Below the pieces are notes generated by a model. It was not told where the DNA came from, did no database searches, and was given only the letters and a program-made list of their open reading frames with translations. DNA of 64,000 nt from Candidatus Acetothermia bacterium (GTDB taxonomy: Bacteria > Bipolaricaulota > Bipolaricaulia > UBA7950): assembly GCA_022684035.1 (NCBI GenBank), contig JAJHSB010000062.1, positions 6,054 to 70,053 on the forward strand, read 5' to 3'. The position numbers and the translations under genes were made by a program. This document shows positions 10,028 to 20,935 of the stretch, piece after piece (the stretch's first letter is position 1; each line of letters starts with the position of its first letter).

Positions 10028-11248
10028 TCAAATGAGTTCGACGAACGACCGTTTTCCCACTTTAATAAAGAGTGGGGGTGTAAATTGAATGCTAAGGTCA
10101 ACAGAGGTGATGCGTTCATTATTGATCGTCACTCCCTGTTGGTCGATCAACCGCCGCGCCTCCGAATGGCTCGCGATCAACCCTGTTGCCATCAGTAGAT
10201 TAACCACCCAGATCATTCCTTGCTCATCGAGTAATCTCCGGTCTAGTTTGACCTGCGTCACCTCTGTTGGCCACTTACGTTGGGCAAAGATACGATCAAA
10301 TTCTTCCTGTGCGCGCTGAGCAGCCACGTGGCCATGGTACATTTCTACAAGTGTAAATGCAAGTCGTTGCTTACGCTGTCGCGGATGGAGACTAATGACT
10401 TCCTGGTAAGGAAGATCAGTGAGATATGTAAAATAAGACTCCATTAGCTCATCCGGGATGGACATAACTTTGCCGAATATTTCTCCTGGTGCTTCGTTTA
10501 TCCCGATATAATTCCCTCTGCTTTGACTCATGCTATGCATGCCATCAATACCGATAAGCAGCGGTACAGTTAGTATTACTTGCGGTTCTTGTCCGTATGC
10601 AGACTGTATGTCACGACCGATCAAGAGATTAAATTTTTGGTCAGTACCACCGAGTTCAACATCAGCGCGAATGACGACTGAATCATATGCTTGCGCGAGC
10701 GGGTAGAGAAATTCCAATATACTGATAGGATTATTAGCAGCAAAACGCTGTGCAAAATCGTTTCGTTCCAACATCCGTGCTACTGTATACTTGGAAGCGA
10801 TCTCAATCACATCAGCAAAGGTGAGCGGCGATAGCCATTCAGAATTGTAACGGATTTCTGTTAGATGCGGATCGAGAATCTTAAATACTTGCGTTTCGTA
10901 GGTCGCTAAATTCTGTTTGATCTGTTCAGCGCTCATCCGGGGGCGTGTGGAAGTCTTCCCTGATGGATCGCCAATCAACCGGGTGAAGTCTCCCACAACG
11001 AGGACGGCTGTATGGCCCAGACGTTGGAAATCACGCATTTTACGTAATGGCACTGAATGTCCCAATGTGAGATGCGGAGCAGAGGGATCAATACCTAATT
11101 TGATCCGCAGTGGCTCGTCACGCTCGATTGATCTTGTGAGTTTCTTGTGTAGATCGGTACGAGGAATAAGATCAGCGACTCCACGTTCGATGATCGTCAT
11201 TGCCTCTTCAATTGAATTGTGCATTCTCTCTCCTCGGTTATGCAACAT
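10028..11248 (-). CDS. tyrS: tyrosine--tRNA ligase
   Basis: TyrRS catalytic-core motif PSAPHLTLGH and a C-terminal S4-like domain. Confidence 0.9.
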   Translation of the reverse strand: MLHNRGERMHNSIEEAMTIIERGVADLIPRTDLHKKLTRSIERDEPLRIKLGIDPSAPHLTLGHSVPLRKMRDFQRLGHTAVLVVGDFTRLIGDPSGKTSTRPRMSAEQIKQNLATYETQVFKILDPHLTEIRYNSEWLSPLTFADVIEIASKYTVARMLERNDFAQRFAANNPISILEFLYPLAQAYDSVVIRADVELGGTDQKFNLLIGRDIQSAYGQEPQVILTVPLLIGIDGMHSMSQSRGNYIGINEAPGEIFGKVMSIPDELMESYFTYLTDLPYQEVISLHPRQRKQRLAFTLVEMYHGHVAAQRAQEEFDRIFAQRKWPTEVTQVKLDRRLLDEQGMIWVVNLLMATGLIASHSEARRLIDQQGVTINNERITSVDLSIQFTPPLFIKVGKRSFVELI

Positions 11249-11396
11249 TGCGCCTCCTTATCTTACAAACGAGATTATCGCGTCCCACTTTGCTTTACTC
11301 TGGACTTCGCTCACACCGCTCCTCGCAGTGACAGGACGCAATGAACGAGGTTCGTTTCCGATTACCTTTTGGGGACTGTGAACCGTAATTCTCTGA

Positions 11397-13805
11397 TTAT
11401 ACCTTAATAACTGAAACAATCCTATCTTCGGGTTCTAATTGCATCAACCTTACTCCGCGGGCGTAGCGGCCATAGACATTTATCTCGCTGGCAAGGAGGC
11501 GAATCACTTTTCCGATCTTAGTCATAATGATGATTTCATCTTGATCTGTAACCACTCGAGTCATTATTAGACAGCCGGATGCCTCATCGACTTTGATTCC
11601 CATTACTCCTTTACCTCCCCGCTTTTGCAACGGGAAGTCGATAAATGATACCCGTTTGCCGTATCCATTGGCGGTCACCATAAGGAGCTTCTTCTCCATA
11701 GTGATTCCCTGTTCCAGAGAGATCATACTAACAACATTGTCTCCTTTATCCAAGCGGATACCACAGACTCCCCGAGATGGCCGGCCGGTTAAACGCACAT
11801 CAGAATCGCGAAAACGGATCGATTGTCCTTGTTCAGTGGAAATGATCAATTCTCCATCTCCTGCTGTTTCAATTACCTCGACCAATCGATCGTCAACGTC
11901 GGCATTGAGACTGATAATCCCTTTTGTATGCGTATTAGAATATGCGGTCAATCGATTTTTATTGACGATTCCTTTTGCGGTTACCATTACACAGAAACTA
12001 TCTTCTGATAGACCAAAATCGTGTACCGGGAGGATGGCACACACCGCCTCATCCTGTTTTAACTCGATGATACTGCGCAGGTCCTTGCCGACGGCATCAC
12101 GCCCCATCGACGGCAATCTGTACCCTTGTGTGCGATAGACAGCCCGTTTATCCGTGAAGAAGAGTAATTCATTATGTGTTTTTGCTGTAGTAACGCAACA
12201 TAGGTAATCACCCTCTTTGGCACGGATTCCGATCATCCCTTTTCCCCCCCGACCTTGGCTTTTATATTCGTGCTTCTTGGGTGCATTGACATAACCGCGA
12301 CTGGTCACATTGATCATCAGATCATGGTTCGGAATGAGCGCCGTGAACTCAACCTCACCATCGGCATCACTGATCAGTGTGCGCCGTATATCGCCATGTG
12401 CTTCACTGATCCGGCGTAACTCGGTTTTCAGTCTTTCATCGAGAAGAATTTCATCTTTGAGGATCGCTTTGTATTCACTGATTGCTTGTTTCTTCTCCTC
12501 ATATTCGGCATCAATTTTATTCCGCTCCAGTGCTGTCAATTGCGCGAGACGCAATTTAAGAATGGCGTCGGTCTGCTCAGCAGAGAAGGAGAACTCTTCG
12601 ATAAGGAGTGCTGATGCTTGTTCGGAGTTCTGAACTCCTCTAATTATTTCGATAATTCGATCGATGTTGTCCAGTGCCCGTTGATAGCCAGCTAAAAGAT
12701 GAGCCCGCTTCTCTGCGGCATCGAGTCGATATTCTGTTCGTCGCCTGATAACTTCGCGACGAAACTCAATGAAACAACTTAATATCTCTTTCAGTGAGAG
12801 TACCCGCGGATTGCCGTCCAAGATGACGAGGAAAGAACTACTGAACGTCCACTCCAACGGTGTAAATTCGTACAGCTGGTTAAGGACGAGATTAACATTG
12901 GCCGACCGTGTCAGATCGATCACAATGCGTAGCCCTTCGCGATCAGACTCATCACGTAAGTCAGAGACCCCTTCGATTACACCAGTATGAACCTGGCGTG
13001 CGATCGCTTCGACGATCGTTGATTTATGCACAGAGTATGGTATCTCTGAGATGATAATCTGTTTATCTTCTATTACTGCTTTCCCCCGTATCTTGATCTT
13101 GCCCTGCCCGGTACGGTACATATCTTCGATCCCTCGACGCCCCATAATCAACCCGGCAGTGGGAAAGTCCGGCCCAGGGATACATTCCATCAATTCAGCC
13201 AGACTTGCCGACGGATTATCGATTAATAAGATGATCCCATCAATCAATTCTCCCAGATGGTGCGGTGGAATATGAGTCGTCATCCCGACTGCTATTCCCC
13301 ATGCCCCATTCATCAGTAAGTTGGGGACTTGTGCCGGCAATACCTCTGGTTCTTCCAGTGAGTCATCAAAGTTGAGCGTCCAATCAACTGTCTTTTCGTC
13401 TAATTCAGCAAGGAATTCCATCGCTACTGGTGTCAACTTAGCCTCAGTGTAACGCATTGCCGCTGGTTCATCACCATCAATCGAACCGAAGTTTCCCTGT
13501 CCATCGATCAGGGGGTATCGATAGGAGAAGGGTTGAGCCATATTGACCATTGTATCGTAGATTGCTTGGTCTCCATGCGGATGGAACTTTCCCATCACCT
13601 CTCCCACAATGCGTGCCGCCTTTTTATGTGGTTTACTTGGCACAAGGCCCAGTTCACGCATTCCGTAGAGAATACGCCTTTGTACAGGTTTCAATCCGTC
13701 TCGGACATCAGGAATCGCCCGGCCACGAATTACGCTCATTGCGTAATTGATGTACGATTGCTCCATCTCCTCTTCAATATATGAAGGTTTAATCCTCTCA
13801 TTCAT
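11397..13805 (-). CDS. gyrA: DNA gyrase subunit A
   Basis: [10 protein letters not shown] active-site region and a GyrA-box (QKRGGKG) in the C-terminal domain. The start was reset to ATG 13805 (MNERIKP...), which has an AAGGAG RBS; the ORF-track N-terminal extension is probably not translated. Confidence 0.88.
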   Translation of the reverse strand: MNERIKPSYIEEEMEQSYINYAMSVIRGRAIPDVRDGLKPVQRRILYGMRELGLVPSKPHKKAARIVGEVMGKFHPHGDQAIYDTMVNMAQPFSYRYPLIDGQGNFGSIDGDEPAAMRYTEAKLTPVAMEFLAELDEKTVDWTLNFDDSLEEPEVLPAQVPNLLMNGAWGIAVGMTTHIPPHHLGELIDGIILLIDNPSASLAELMECIPGPDFPTAGLIMGRRGIEDMYRTGQGKIKIRGKAVIEDKQIIISEIPYSVHKSTIVEAIARQVHTGVIEGVSDLRDESDREGLRIVIDLTRSANVNLVLNQLYEFTPLEWTFSSSFLVILDGNPRVLSLKEILSCFIEFRREVIRRRTEYRLDAAEKRAHLLAGYQRALDNIDRIIEIIRGVQNSEQASALLIEEFSFSAEQTDAILKLRLAQLTALERNKIDAEYEEKKQAISEYKAILKDEILLDERLKTELRRISEAHGDIRRTLISDADGEVEFTALIPNHDLMINVTSRGYVNAPKKHEYKSQGRGGKGMIGIRAKEGDYLCCVTTAKTHNELLFFTDKRAVYRTQGYRLPSMGRDAVGKDLRSIIELKQDEAVCAILPVHDFGLSEDSFCVMVTAKGIVNKNRLTAYSNTHTKGIISLNADVDDRLVEVIETAGDGELIISTEQGQSIRFRDSDVRLTGRPSRGVCGIRLDKGDNVVSMISLEQGITMEKKLLMVTANGYGKRVSFIDFPLQKRGGKGVMGIKVDEASGCLIMTRVVTDQDEIIIMTKIGKVIRLLASEINVYGRYARGVRLMQLEPEDRIVSVIKV

Positions 13806-14081
13806 TAATAGCTCCTTAAGTTTGTTGTTGGCAACACAGAAAAATCTACGATAAAAGATACTAAAAAACTCGTTGAGATGCAAGAAATAAGTTCTTTGTT
13901 GGGTTTGTAAAAAAACCACTGTAAGCGCTGAGAGAGAAAAGGTCAAGAATCATGAGTCATGAGTCAAGGCTGTGCGCTATCTCTTGATCGTGCATTTTGA
14001 TATTGCGTTATCAACCATTGAATACTATAATACTAAATACCAAACAAACGTTCGGTTATTAACGAGCTGACGCGGAGAAAA

Positions 14082-14693
14082 ATGCCTTTGCGAACAGAAA
14101 CAAGAGAGAAGATTCAAAGTGTGGCAGCGGAGATCTTCTCTAAACGTGGGTTTCATAATACAGGTCTACGAGCGATCGCTGCAGACGCGCGCCTATCGAT
14201 CGGTTCCATCTATCACTATTTTAAGAGTAAAGATGATATACTCCTCGCCATACTACGCCGTGAATTAGCTACCTGGAAAGAATTTGTCGCCGATTTAGAG
14301 AGACGCGAACTTCCGGTTTCCAAACAGATCGAAGCGATCGTAGTACAACAAATAAATCGCATCGGCAAAGAGCGAGATCGATCTGCCATCTTTCTTCTCG
14401 GACGTTTAGAACACAGCGCCACTCTCAAAACCAACTTAGTTGAGGTATACGAAGAGATGGCACGTTATCTTGAACGATTGCTCAGAACGGGGATCGAGAG
14501 AAAAGAAATCCGTCCGTGTAACAGCACAGTAGTTGCATATGCAATTTTGGGGATCATTGAGTCGATCAGCACACGCATCTTTTTTCACAATGATAAAATA
14601 ACGGGAATTCTGCGCCATGAAGCACCGGCTGAACTTACTCAATCTCTTAGCAAATGGTTGGCAATTGATCCCCTGCCAGTTAACGGTCGGTAA
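14082..14693 (+). CDS. TetR/AcrR family transcriptional regulator
   Basis: N-terminal TetR HTH (AAEIFSKRGFHNTGLRAIAADARLSIGSIYHYFKSKD). Confidence 0.85.
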   Translation: MPLRTETREKIQSVAAEIFSKRGFHNTGLRAIAADARLSIGSIYHYFKSKDDILLAILRRELATWKEFVADLERRELPVSKQIEAIVVQQINRIGKERDRSAIFLLGRLEHSATLKTNLVEVYEEMARYLERLLRTGIERKEIRPCNSTVVAYAILGIIESISTRIFFHNDKITGILRHEAPAELTQSLSKWLAIDPLPVNGR

Positions 14694-15344
14694 TGGATAG
14701 AACAAAAATCGAATAACGCGAAGGTCATACCGCAAAACCAATAATCCGGAGAAAACCGCAATGAAAATTATGAACCGTAAGAGAATTATAAAAGCGATCA
14801 TCAATCTCTTCACGATAATCATTGCTTTTCTGGGAATTTTGCTCGCTATTTTGGTGGTTACAACGCAGGAGTCTATTGCTTACCTCTCTGTTATGTTGTT
14901 TCAAAAGCGAAAGAAAGAGCCGGAAAAGAAGAAGGAGGAGGAGACGTAAAGGGAAAGGTAATCTGTCACAGGGTTTAACGGTTCACAGTTATTGGCTTAT
15001 TTTTCATTGTCGATGTGTAACTACTCCGCTATTTATGTTGAAGGCCAAAGTATTCTTATCCTCAAGCCTTCTATTTTTAGTCTATTATCCACCGGCATAG
15101 TTACGCAATGCTTTGCTAACCCCATTCTCTGTAATCGGGCTTAGAGACGACTCCGAATAACTGGTTGTGATTCTCAGTAGGGGTACGGCAGGTAGAAAAG
15201 TTAAGGGGTTCACGGTTCATGGTTCAGAAAAACGAGAAATCAATGAAATTTATTAAACCCGCCCCTACGACTTTTCTTAACCCATCACCGCTCGTCCTCG
15301 CTCCCCTTAAGTGCTCTCTGTGGTTTCTTTACGAACTCCACAAA

Positions 15345-15425
15345 CGGGATTGCTTCGCAGACTCGCAATGACGGAGAAAGACGTCTGCAATGCCAGTGAA
15401 AGGCGCTTGCAATGACCTGTCTATT
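15345..15425. repeat. 'gcaatgac' repeat element (copy 1)
   Basis: gggattgcttcgcagactcgcaatgac...cttgcaatgacctgtct recurs at 46536-46592, 55890-55920 and 56896-56990. Confidence 0.7.
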
Positions 15426-15571
15426 ACAGGTAGTGCAACTGTAAGGTCAATCAGGTAGAATCTCTTCGACTATTTCCGCGTCTATTTACACTACTCTGGT
15501 TACGGTCAGTAAAAGGCTAAAACTATTCCGTGTTGGAGTTATCACTGCAAGAGCTAAAGGAGAAGATCAAA

Positions 15572-16609
15572 ATGTTATTTTTCGATGGACATTGCGACAC
15601 AGTAATTAAGGTGTTGGATAAGGAATTTGATTTTATTACTGGAGAGGGAACCGGATCAGTAAGTTTCCCGGATATGGTGCGCGTTGGAGTGTGCACTCAG
15701 CTCTTTGCCTGTTTTGTGTTGAGTAAAACTTATCCTAACCAGACTCGGCAGCGTGCCGAAGCAATGATTGAAACGATCAACAGCATGGCTGCAGCGACAG
15801 AGGGGAAAATGAAGGTCGCACTTACTGCTGATGACGTAAAATCTGCTTGCAGCGGTGGTCCGATAGCCGCAATTATCGGTTTAGAAGGAGCTGATCCTCT
15901 CGAAGGCGAGGTAGAAGCATTACGTCATTTCTTCGCATTGGGAGTACGCAGTCTGATAATCGCTTGGGCTGATAATCCTTTCTCTGGTGCTGTCTTCGGC
16001 TCTGGCTCACCTTTAACCGCTAAAGGAACGAGTTTAGTCGAATTGGCAGAAGAGTTGCGCATTATGATCGATCTGTCTCATATATCTGATCAAGGATTCT
16101 ATGATGTCCTGCAAATCTCCTGCCGGCCGTTTATCGCTAGTCATTCTAATTGTCGTGCAATCTGTCCCAGTACGCGTAATTTAACTGATGATATGATTCG
16201 TAAACTTGCTGATCGTGGCGGTGTAATGGGAATAAATTTCTCTTCAGGATTCCTTTCTCCCCATTTTCATCAGCGAATATCAGCGCTGCGCAAAGAGTTC
16301 TCTGCATACGCTGATGATGATCGCCATTCACAAGAAAAAAGGATTAAAGCAGAAATCGCTGCTTTGGAACGCCCCAAGATCGATTGGATTGCCCAGCATG
16401 TAAAACATGCTATCAATGTGGGAGGAGAAGATTGTATCGCACTTGGCGGAGATTTGGATGGAGTCGCAAGTACACCACAAGGAATTGATAGAATTGGCGA
16501 TTACCCAAAGATCACCCAATTATTGGATAGAGAAGGCTTTACTTTATCCCAAATAGAGAAGATTTGTTTCCGTAACCTTACCCGTGTCTTTACTGAAGTT
16601 TTGCCGTAA
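15572..16609 (+). CDS. membrane dipeptidase (peptidase M19 family)
   Basis: FDGHCDT...HxD motifs of the renal-dipeptidase family. AAGGAG RBS 9 nt upstream of ATG 15572. Confidence 0.8.
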   Translation: MLFFDGHCDTVIKVLDKEFDFITGEGTGSVSFPDMVRVGVCTQLFACFVLSKTYPNQTRQRAEAMIETINSMAAATEGKMKVALTADDVKSACSGGPIAAIIGLEGADPLEGEVEALRHFFALGVRSLIIAWADNPFSGAVFGSGSPLTAKGTSLVELAEELRIMIDLSHISDQGFYDVLQISCRPFIASHSNCRAICPSTRNLTDDMIRKLADRGGVMGINFSSGFLSPHFHQRISALRKEFSAYADDDRHSQEKRIKAEIAALERPKIDWIAQHVKHAINVGGEDCIALGGDLDGVASTPQGIDRIGDYPKITQLLDREGFTLSQIEKICFRNLTRVFTEVLP

Positions 16610-16611
16610 AA

Positions 16612-16700
16612 TTAATGGATCATCTCCCAAAAAGTTGGTAAGATCATGAGTATTCGAGGGATCAAGCCCCGTATCAAGTACGGGGCAAGGATTCGAGGGA
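16612..16700. repeat. hairpin/REP-like element at the 3' end of the dipeptidase gene
   Basis: ggatcatctcccaaaaagttggtaagatcatgag is the inverse of a segment at 53576-53606. A ccccgta...tacgggg hairpin lies at 16667-16685. Confidence 0.6.
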
Positions 16701-16821
16701 AATGCTTTGGAGAAGAACCAAGTTAATTAAATTCCTATTACCTTGCCGCCAACAAATCGCAGTGGCATTGAACAGAACTCATTGTTGCCGAGAGCAAACC
16801 AATGCAAATATAATCTTTAGG

Positions 16822-17331
16822 ATGAACTTAGCCAATACAATCACGATCTTGCGGGGACTGTTAATTCCAGTCGTTATTTATTTTCTCTTCCTCGACAAAC
16901 GGGAGATGGCATTGGCTGTCTTTCTTCTTATCTGTATCAGTGATTCTCTTGATGGGATAATCGCGCGCCGACGAAATACAATTACGACATTAGGCACAAT
17001 CCTCGACCCTGCAGTGGACAAGCTCCTGTACATTTCCGTCCTCACTACGTTAGCCGTTGTTACTAACGATATTCCGGTGGTTTTATTGATTCTCTACGCT
17101 ATTCCTCACATTATTTTGGCGGTCGGTGCCGTAGTCCTTTATCGCACCCAGCGACCAGCGATCGCTGCTCGCTTCAGCGGCAAAGCAGCGGCATGGGTAA
17201 TCATTGGCGGGATCAGTTTCATCTTCATGCAGTGGCCGTATGGATTACTGCTCCTCAGCATCGGCATCGGGCTTTCTTATATCGCCACACTCCATTATGC
17301 ACAAGTCTTTCGCCGCATGCACAGAGATTAA
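16822..17331 (+). CDS. CDP-alcohol phosphatidyltransferase (PgsA-like)
   Basis: DxxDGxxAR motif (DSLDGIIARRR...DPAVDKLL). Start taken at the internal ATG 16822. Confidence 0.75.
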   Translation: MNLANTITILRGLLIPVVIYFLFLDKREMALAVFLLICISDSLDGIIARRRNTITTLGTILDPAVDKLLYISVLTTLAVVTNDIPVVLLILYAIPHIILAVGAVVLYRTQRPAIAARFSGKAAAWVIIGGISFIFMQWPYGLLLLSIGIGLSYIATLHYAQVFRRMHRD

Positions 17332-17463
17332 TAACAAAGCTCAGACTGAAGTTCCCCGGGACTTACACAATCGAATGATTCCCCTAACAAACTCGAGGGT
17401 TCTTTTAGATTATAGCTTTTCTGTTTGAGATTTTGGTGATTGGAATTTGTGATTTCAAATCCT

Positions 17464-18012
17464 TTAAGCCATTGCACTTATCTCCCGCTCTCCCTGAGTA
17501 ATGAACTCGCGTAGCCAATCGCGCACTGTTGGATGTGATATAGGTACATCACCCAGCTCGGTACGAATCTCGGCTGTATCAAACTCAAACCGGCGATCGT
17601 TCACCGTGTGGAGATAGTGCAGATCAACCTGGCTCTCTGACAGCAGCACGGTGAGTAGGCTGCTACAAATATCTCCAATTGGCGCGCGGTCAATATGACT
17701 ATGCTGAAAGACAACCTGAAGCTTGGTCCCTTTGCCCAATTCGGACTCAAGCGTAAGACTACCGCTACACTGCTCAGCGGCAGCAGCAAAGAGAGGCAAT
17801 CCCAGACCAACATGGCGAGTCCTGCGGGTGGTATAAAAAGGATCCACTGCTCTCTTCACTCTCTCTTTATCCATTCCTCGCCCGTTATCTTCAACGATAA
17901 TAGTCAACCGGTCAGCGATCATATCTTCGCTAATCGTTAGTTTTATCCGCGATGCCCCTGCCTCGACAGAGTTTTGCAGAACATCAAGGATATGCAGAGA
18001 GAGTTCACGCAT
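17464..18012 (-). CDS. GHKL/HATPase_c-only ATP-binding protein (anti-sigma/HfsC-like kinase module)
   Basis: N-, G1- and G2-boxes of a histidine-kinase-like ATPase (DNGRGM...GLGLPL) with no sensor or HisKA domain. Confidence 0.7.
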   Translation of the reverse strand: MRELSLHILDVLQNSVEAGASRIKLTISEDMIADRLTIIVEDNGRGMDKERVKRAVDPFYTTRRTRHVGLGLPLFAAAAEQCSGSLTLESELGKGTKLQVVFQHSHIDRAPIGDICSSLLTVLLSESQVDLHYLHTVNDRRFEFDTAEIRTELGDVPISHPTVRDWLREFITQGEREISAMA

Positions 18013-18078
18013 TAGCCAGCTCGCGCACTACCACTAACATACATTCCAGCACCAGATGGTCATTGATCTTAGAGTCCA

Positions 18079-18255
18079 CTATGGTTGCTGGCACCAGTCC
18101 CCATATCTTAAGAATGCAGCCAGCCGCAAATATCTGGCGCTTTCTGACGAACAGGGATCACCGCTCCTTCTTCCCTTTTCTCCTCCGCCGAGAATCTCGT
18201 GTAATGGAGTCAAATCCAGAGCTTCTTGCTCAACTAAGACTTTGCCTTCAGTCAT
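18079..18255 (-). CDS. hypothetical 58-aa protein with strong RBS
   Basis: GAAGGAGGT sits 6 nt upstream of ATG. The product MTEGKVLVEQEALDLTPLHEILGGG... matches no family I recognise. Confidence 0.3.
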   Translation of the reverse strand: MTEGKVLVEQEALDLTPLHEILGGGEKGRRSGDPCSSESARYLRLAAFLRYGDWCQQP

Positions 18256-18317
18256 TGCTGTACCTCCTTCTCGTTCTTATCTTATACTAAACGCACTGGA
18301 GAATTGGTTAAGTTTAT

Positions 18318-18468
18318 CAAATCCTAAGCAAAAACAAATCCTAAATTCTAAGCACCAAATTCCAAACAAATTCAAAATCCGAATGTTCAAAACGTTTTGC
18401 ATTTTGAGTTTTGGTCATTTGGATTTGTTTAGGATTTAGAATTTAGGATTTAGGATTTCGTGCTTCGA
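18318..18468. repeat. MITE-like inverted-repeat element, family 2
   Basis: Arm aaatcctaaattctaagcaccaaattccaaacaaattc pairs with arm ttgagttttggtcatttggatttgtttaggatttagaatttaggatttaggattt. Confidence 0.7.
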
Positions 18469-18501
18469 GTTTCTCCTTAAATTTGCAAATCTGGAGTTCG
18501 C

Positions 18502-19242
18502 TCAGTATATCTCTACCCAACGGCCATCCTCCCCCCGCATTGCCAACACCAACTCAGCCACCGTCGGTGCGGCTATCTTAAAGATTGTCCGCGCCACCAT
18601 CTCGCTTAAACGATGGGCATCGCCACTGGAGACCATGGTAAACCCCCTGATCTGCGGAAATCGCTGGCGTACCTCTGACTCCTGACTGGAGCAAAGAATC
18701 TCCACCGCGGGTAGATCGAGATCCGGTGGTACAAATCCCAGGTTGGCGAGCAGACTGAAAGATGGCCGGTCCACATGGGCTGGTAAAGCCAACCCACCTA
18801 AGTCCTGTACCATCGCCACGACCATCTCCAGTGACATATCCGTCGAGGTCGCAAGAAGCCGTTCGTTGCGGCGTATATATTCACCACTGGCGTCAACGAC
18901 GAACTGGGCACCAAAATGATCCTCGTTATTCTTAAGATTAGGCAGGTGATTAAATACCTCCATCTGCCAGACTAATGCCTGCTGCGCTGTGTCGAAAAGA
19001 GTTACCACGTGCACTTCCTCGCGGGTTTGCACCTCAATGCCTGGTAAAACAGTGATCCCACTTCCCTGAGCAGCCTCGATCACCGCGGCCACATTCTCGG
19101 CGGAATTATGATCCGTAATCCCAATCAGTCCCAAACCCAACTCACGCGCCCGGCGAATGATGAGCGGTGGTATCATCTCCACTTCGGCACAAGGACTGAG
19201 CACCGTGTGGATGTGTAAATCTGCAAGCACATACTGGAACAT
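18502..19242 (-). CDS. PHP (polymerase/histidinol-phosphatase) domain protein, HfsA-like
   Basis: PHP metal-binding motifs LHIHTVLS...ITDHN. Confidence 0.8.
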   Translation of the reverse strand: MFQYVLADLHIHTVLSPCAEVEMIPPLIIRRARELGLGLIGITDHNSAENVAAVIEAAQGSGITVLPGIEVQTREEVHVVTLFDTAQQALVWQMEVFNHLPNLKNNEDHFGAQFVVDASGEYIRRNERLLATSTDMSLEMVVAMVQDLGGLALPAHVDRPSFSLLANLGFVPPDLDLPAVEILCSSQESEVRQRFPQIRGFTMVSSGDAHRLSEMVARTIFKIAAPTVAELVLAMRGEDGRWVEIY

Positions 19243-19255
19243 TCCGTAGTCTGAC

Positions 19256-19627
19256 TCAGTCAGTGCCCTGAATGCCCAACGCCGCCAGCTTACTGACCAC
19301 CGTGAACGTGGGGAGCGGCGTAGTCAGAATCGGAATATGCTCCTCATTGGCCTTCTCAATTGTTGCTTCTTCCAGCCTGCTTCCCTCGGTAATGATGATG
19401 CCGGTTAAGTTAAGTAGAGAGGCCACGGCTACAATGTTGACGTGGGCTTGCAAGGTTACCCAGATGTTGCCCGCTTGCGCCTTGGCCATCACGCAACTGA
19501 GTAAATCCGAGGCATATCCACCGGTGATCGTTTGGTCAAGAGTATCGCTTGCGGAAGCGACCCCCAGGTTCAAGGAGCTAACCACTTCCCGAAGTTTCAT
19601 TTCGCCCTCCCGGTCCATCTTTGCCAT
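19256..19627 (-). CDS. DRTGG domain protein
   Basis: A DRTGG fold of about 120 aa, commonly paired with CBS domains and GHKL ATPases. Confidence 0.7.
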   Translation of the reverse strand: MAKMDREGEMKLREVVSSLNLGVASASDTLDQTITGGYASDLLSCVMAKAQAGNIWVTLQAHVNIVAVASLLNLTGIIITEGSRLEEATIEKANEEHIPILTTPLPTFTVVSKLAALGIQGTD

Positions 19628-19643
19628 CGTAATAGTTTAGTTT

Positions 19644-19900
19644 TCCTAAATCTTTTACTTATTCACCAAATCCTAACTCCTAAACTCTAAATTCTAAATC
19701 CTAAATTCTAAATCCTAAATTCTAAACAAATTTAAATGTTCCAAATCCAAATAACCAAAACTATGTTTTTCTACTTTCTGCATTTTTCTATTATTATTTC
19801 TCTTGCAAACTCCTCTGTTCTTCTCTCTAAATCATAAAGTTTTGAATTTTGGTCATTTGAGTTTTGAGTTTGTTTGGAGTTTAGAGTTTCGGATTTAGAC
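19644..19900. repeat. MITE-like inverted-repeat element, family 2 (larger copy)
   Basis: A tandem 14-mer (taaattctaaatcc)x3 arm, an AT-rich centre, then the inverse arm ttttgaattttggtcatttgagttttgagtttgtttggagtttagagtttcggatttag. Confidence 0.7.
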
Positions 19901-19943
19901 TTTTCCATAATTATTCCCTCTTCTTCTCAGAAAGACTGAACTG

Positions 19944-20867
19944 TTACTTGCCATCTGGCTGTAAATATATGATAATTTGCAGCCTCGTCCCCCCGCCGAG
20001 CGTTGACTGTAGGTCCATCTTGTCAGCGCACTTCTGAATGTTATTTAAGCCGACTCCCGCACCAAAGCCCATCTCCCGCGCCCACTCTGACGCGGTAGAG
20101 AAACCAGGTTGCATAGCTTGTGCAATATCGGCGATGCCCGGTCCGTCGTCCAATGCCACTATCCGTACTCTTTCGGGATTGATCTCAGCCATGATCTCCC
20201 CGCCGCGGTCGGTGTGAATGATAATATTTATCTCCGCCTCGTAGACGGCGATAGCAACACGACGGGTGATCTGCGGATTGCCACCTAAGCGAGTCAGCGC
20301 TCGCTTGATCTTGCTGGACGCTTCTCCACCCCGATCGAAGTCTCTCGGACGCACATCGTAGCGCAGCAGCAGGCTGGTGTGGTCAGAGATAATGTCCTCA
20401 AAGATATGGCTGGCGCGATAGCGGCTGATCTCCTCCGCATGATAGTCCTTCTCAATCGCCTTAAGTAGACCATGCGTGATGTCCCCCCGCGTGATGATGC
20501 CGACTAAATTGCCATCTTCGTTCACCACCGGCAGCCGCCCCACTCCCGTCTTTGAGAAGATCTTGACCGCCGCGATCGCTGATTCGTGAGTCGAGATAGT
20601 ATATACATCGCGGGTCATCCGGTCGCTGACTGGTGATTCCATGTCTCCCTCCGAGAGAGACTTGATCAGGTCTTCCAGGCTGATTATGCCTACCATTCGG
20701 CCATTCTCCACCACCGGTGTGCCCGAGATCCTATTTATGCGTAGCTGTTCCCGCAGCTCGGCCATTGAAGTATCAGGAGTAACAGTAACAATCCTCTTGG
20801 TCATCACCTGCTCGATCTTCAGTTCATAGATTAACTCTTGAACCCTGGTGATCTCGACGCGCTTCAC
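19944..20867 (-). CDS. CBS-pair + GHKL ATPase fusion protein
   Basis: Two CBS domains (N-terminal half) followed by an HATPase_c domain (IHTDRGGEIMAE...DDGPGI...GFGAGVGL). Confidence 0.75.
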   Translation of the reverse strand: MKRVEITRVQELIYELKIEQVMTKRIVTVTPDTSMAELREQLRINRISGTPVVENGRMVGIISLEDLIKSLSEGDMESPVSDRMTRDVYTISTHESAIAAVKIFSKTGVGRLPVVNEDGNLVGIITRGDITHGLLKAIEKDYHAEEISRYRASHIFEDIISDHTSLLLRYDVRPRDFDRGGEASSKIKRALTRLGGNPQITRRVAIAVYEAEINIIIHTDRGGEIMAEINPERVRIVALDDGPGIADIAQAMQPGFSTASEWAREMGFGAGVGLNNIQKCADKMDLQSTLGGGTRLQIIIYLQPDGK

Positions 20868-20935
20868 TATATGCTGTCTCTCCTCTTCTCTCTGGGAGAT
20901 ATGATAAGGGGTGATTTAGATCATTCACCTCATCG

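Noticed and set aside
11249-11396. T-box leader upstream of tyrS
   Set aside because: Only about 150 nt separate tyrS from the gyrA stop, too short for a T-box. No specifier or T-box motif is visible, and tyrS is probably co-transcribed with gyrA.
13806-13946. 47-aa N-terminal extension of gyrA ([14 protein letters not shown]...)
   Set aside because: It shows no conservation. ATG 13805 with an AAGGAG RBS begins the canonical GyrA N-terminus.
14761-15100. Small ORFs in the 14.7-15.5 kb gap (62-aa single-TM peptide; 92-aa Arg/Lys-rich ORF)
   Set aside because: The RBS is weak. The second ORF is low-complexity translation of an A/G-rich tract, and the region is dominated by the 'gcaatgac' repeat. 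A real small membrane peptide at 14761 cannot be excluded.
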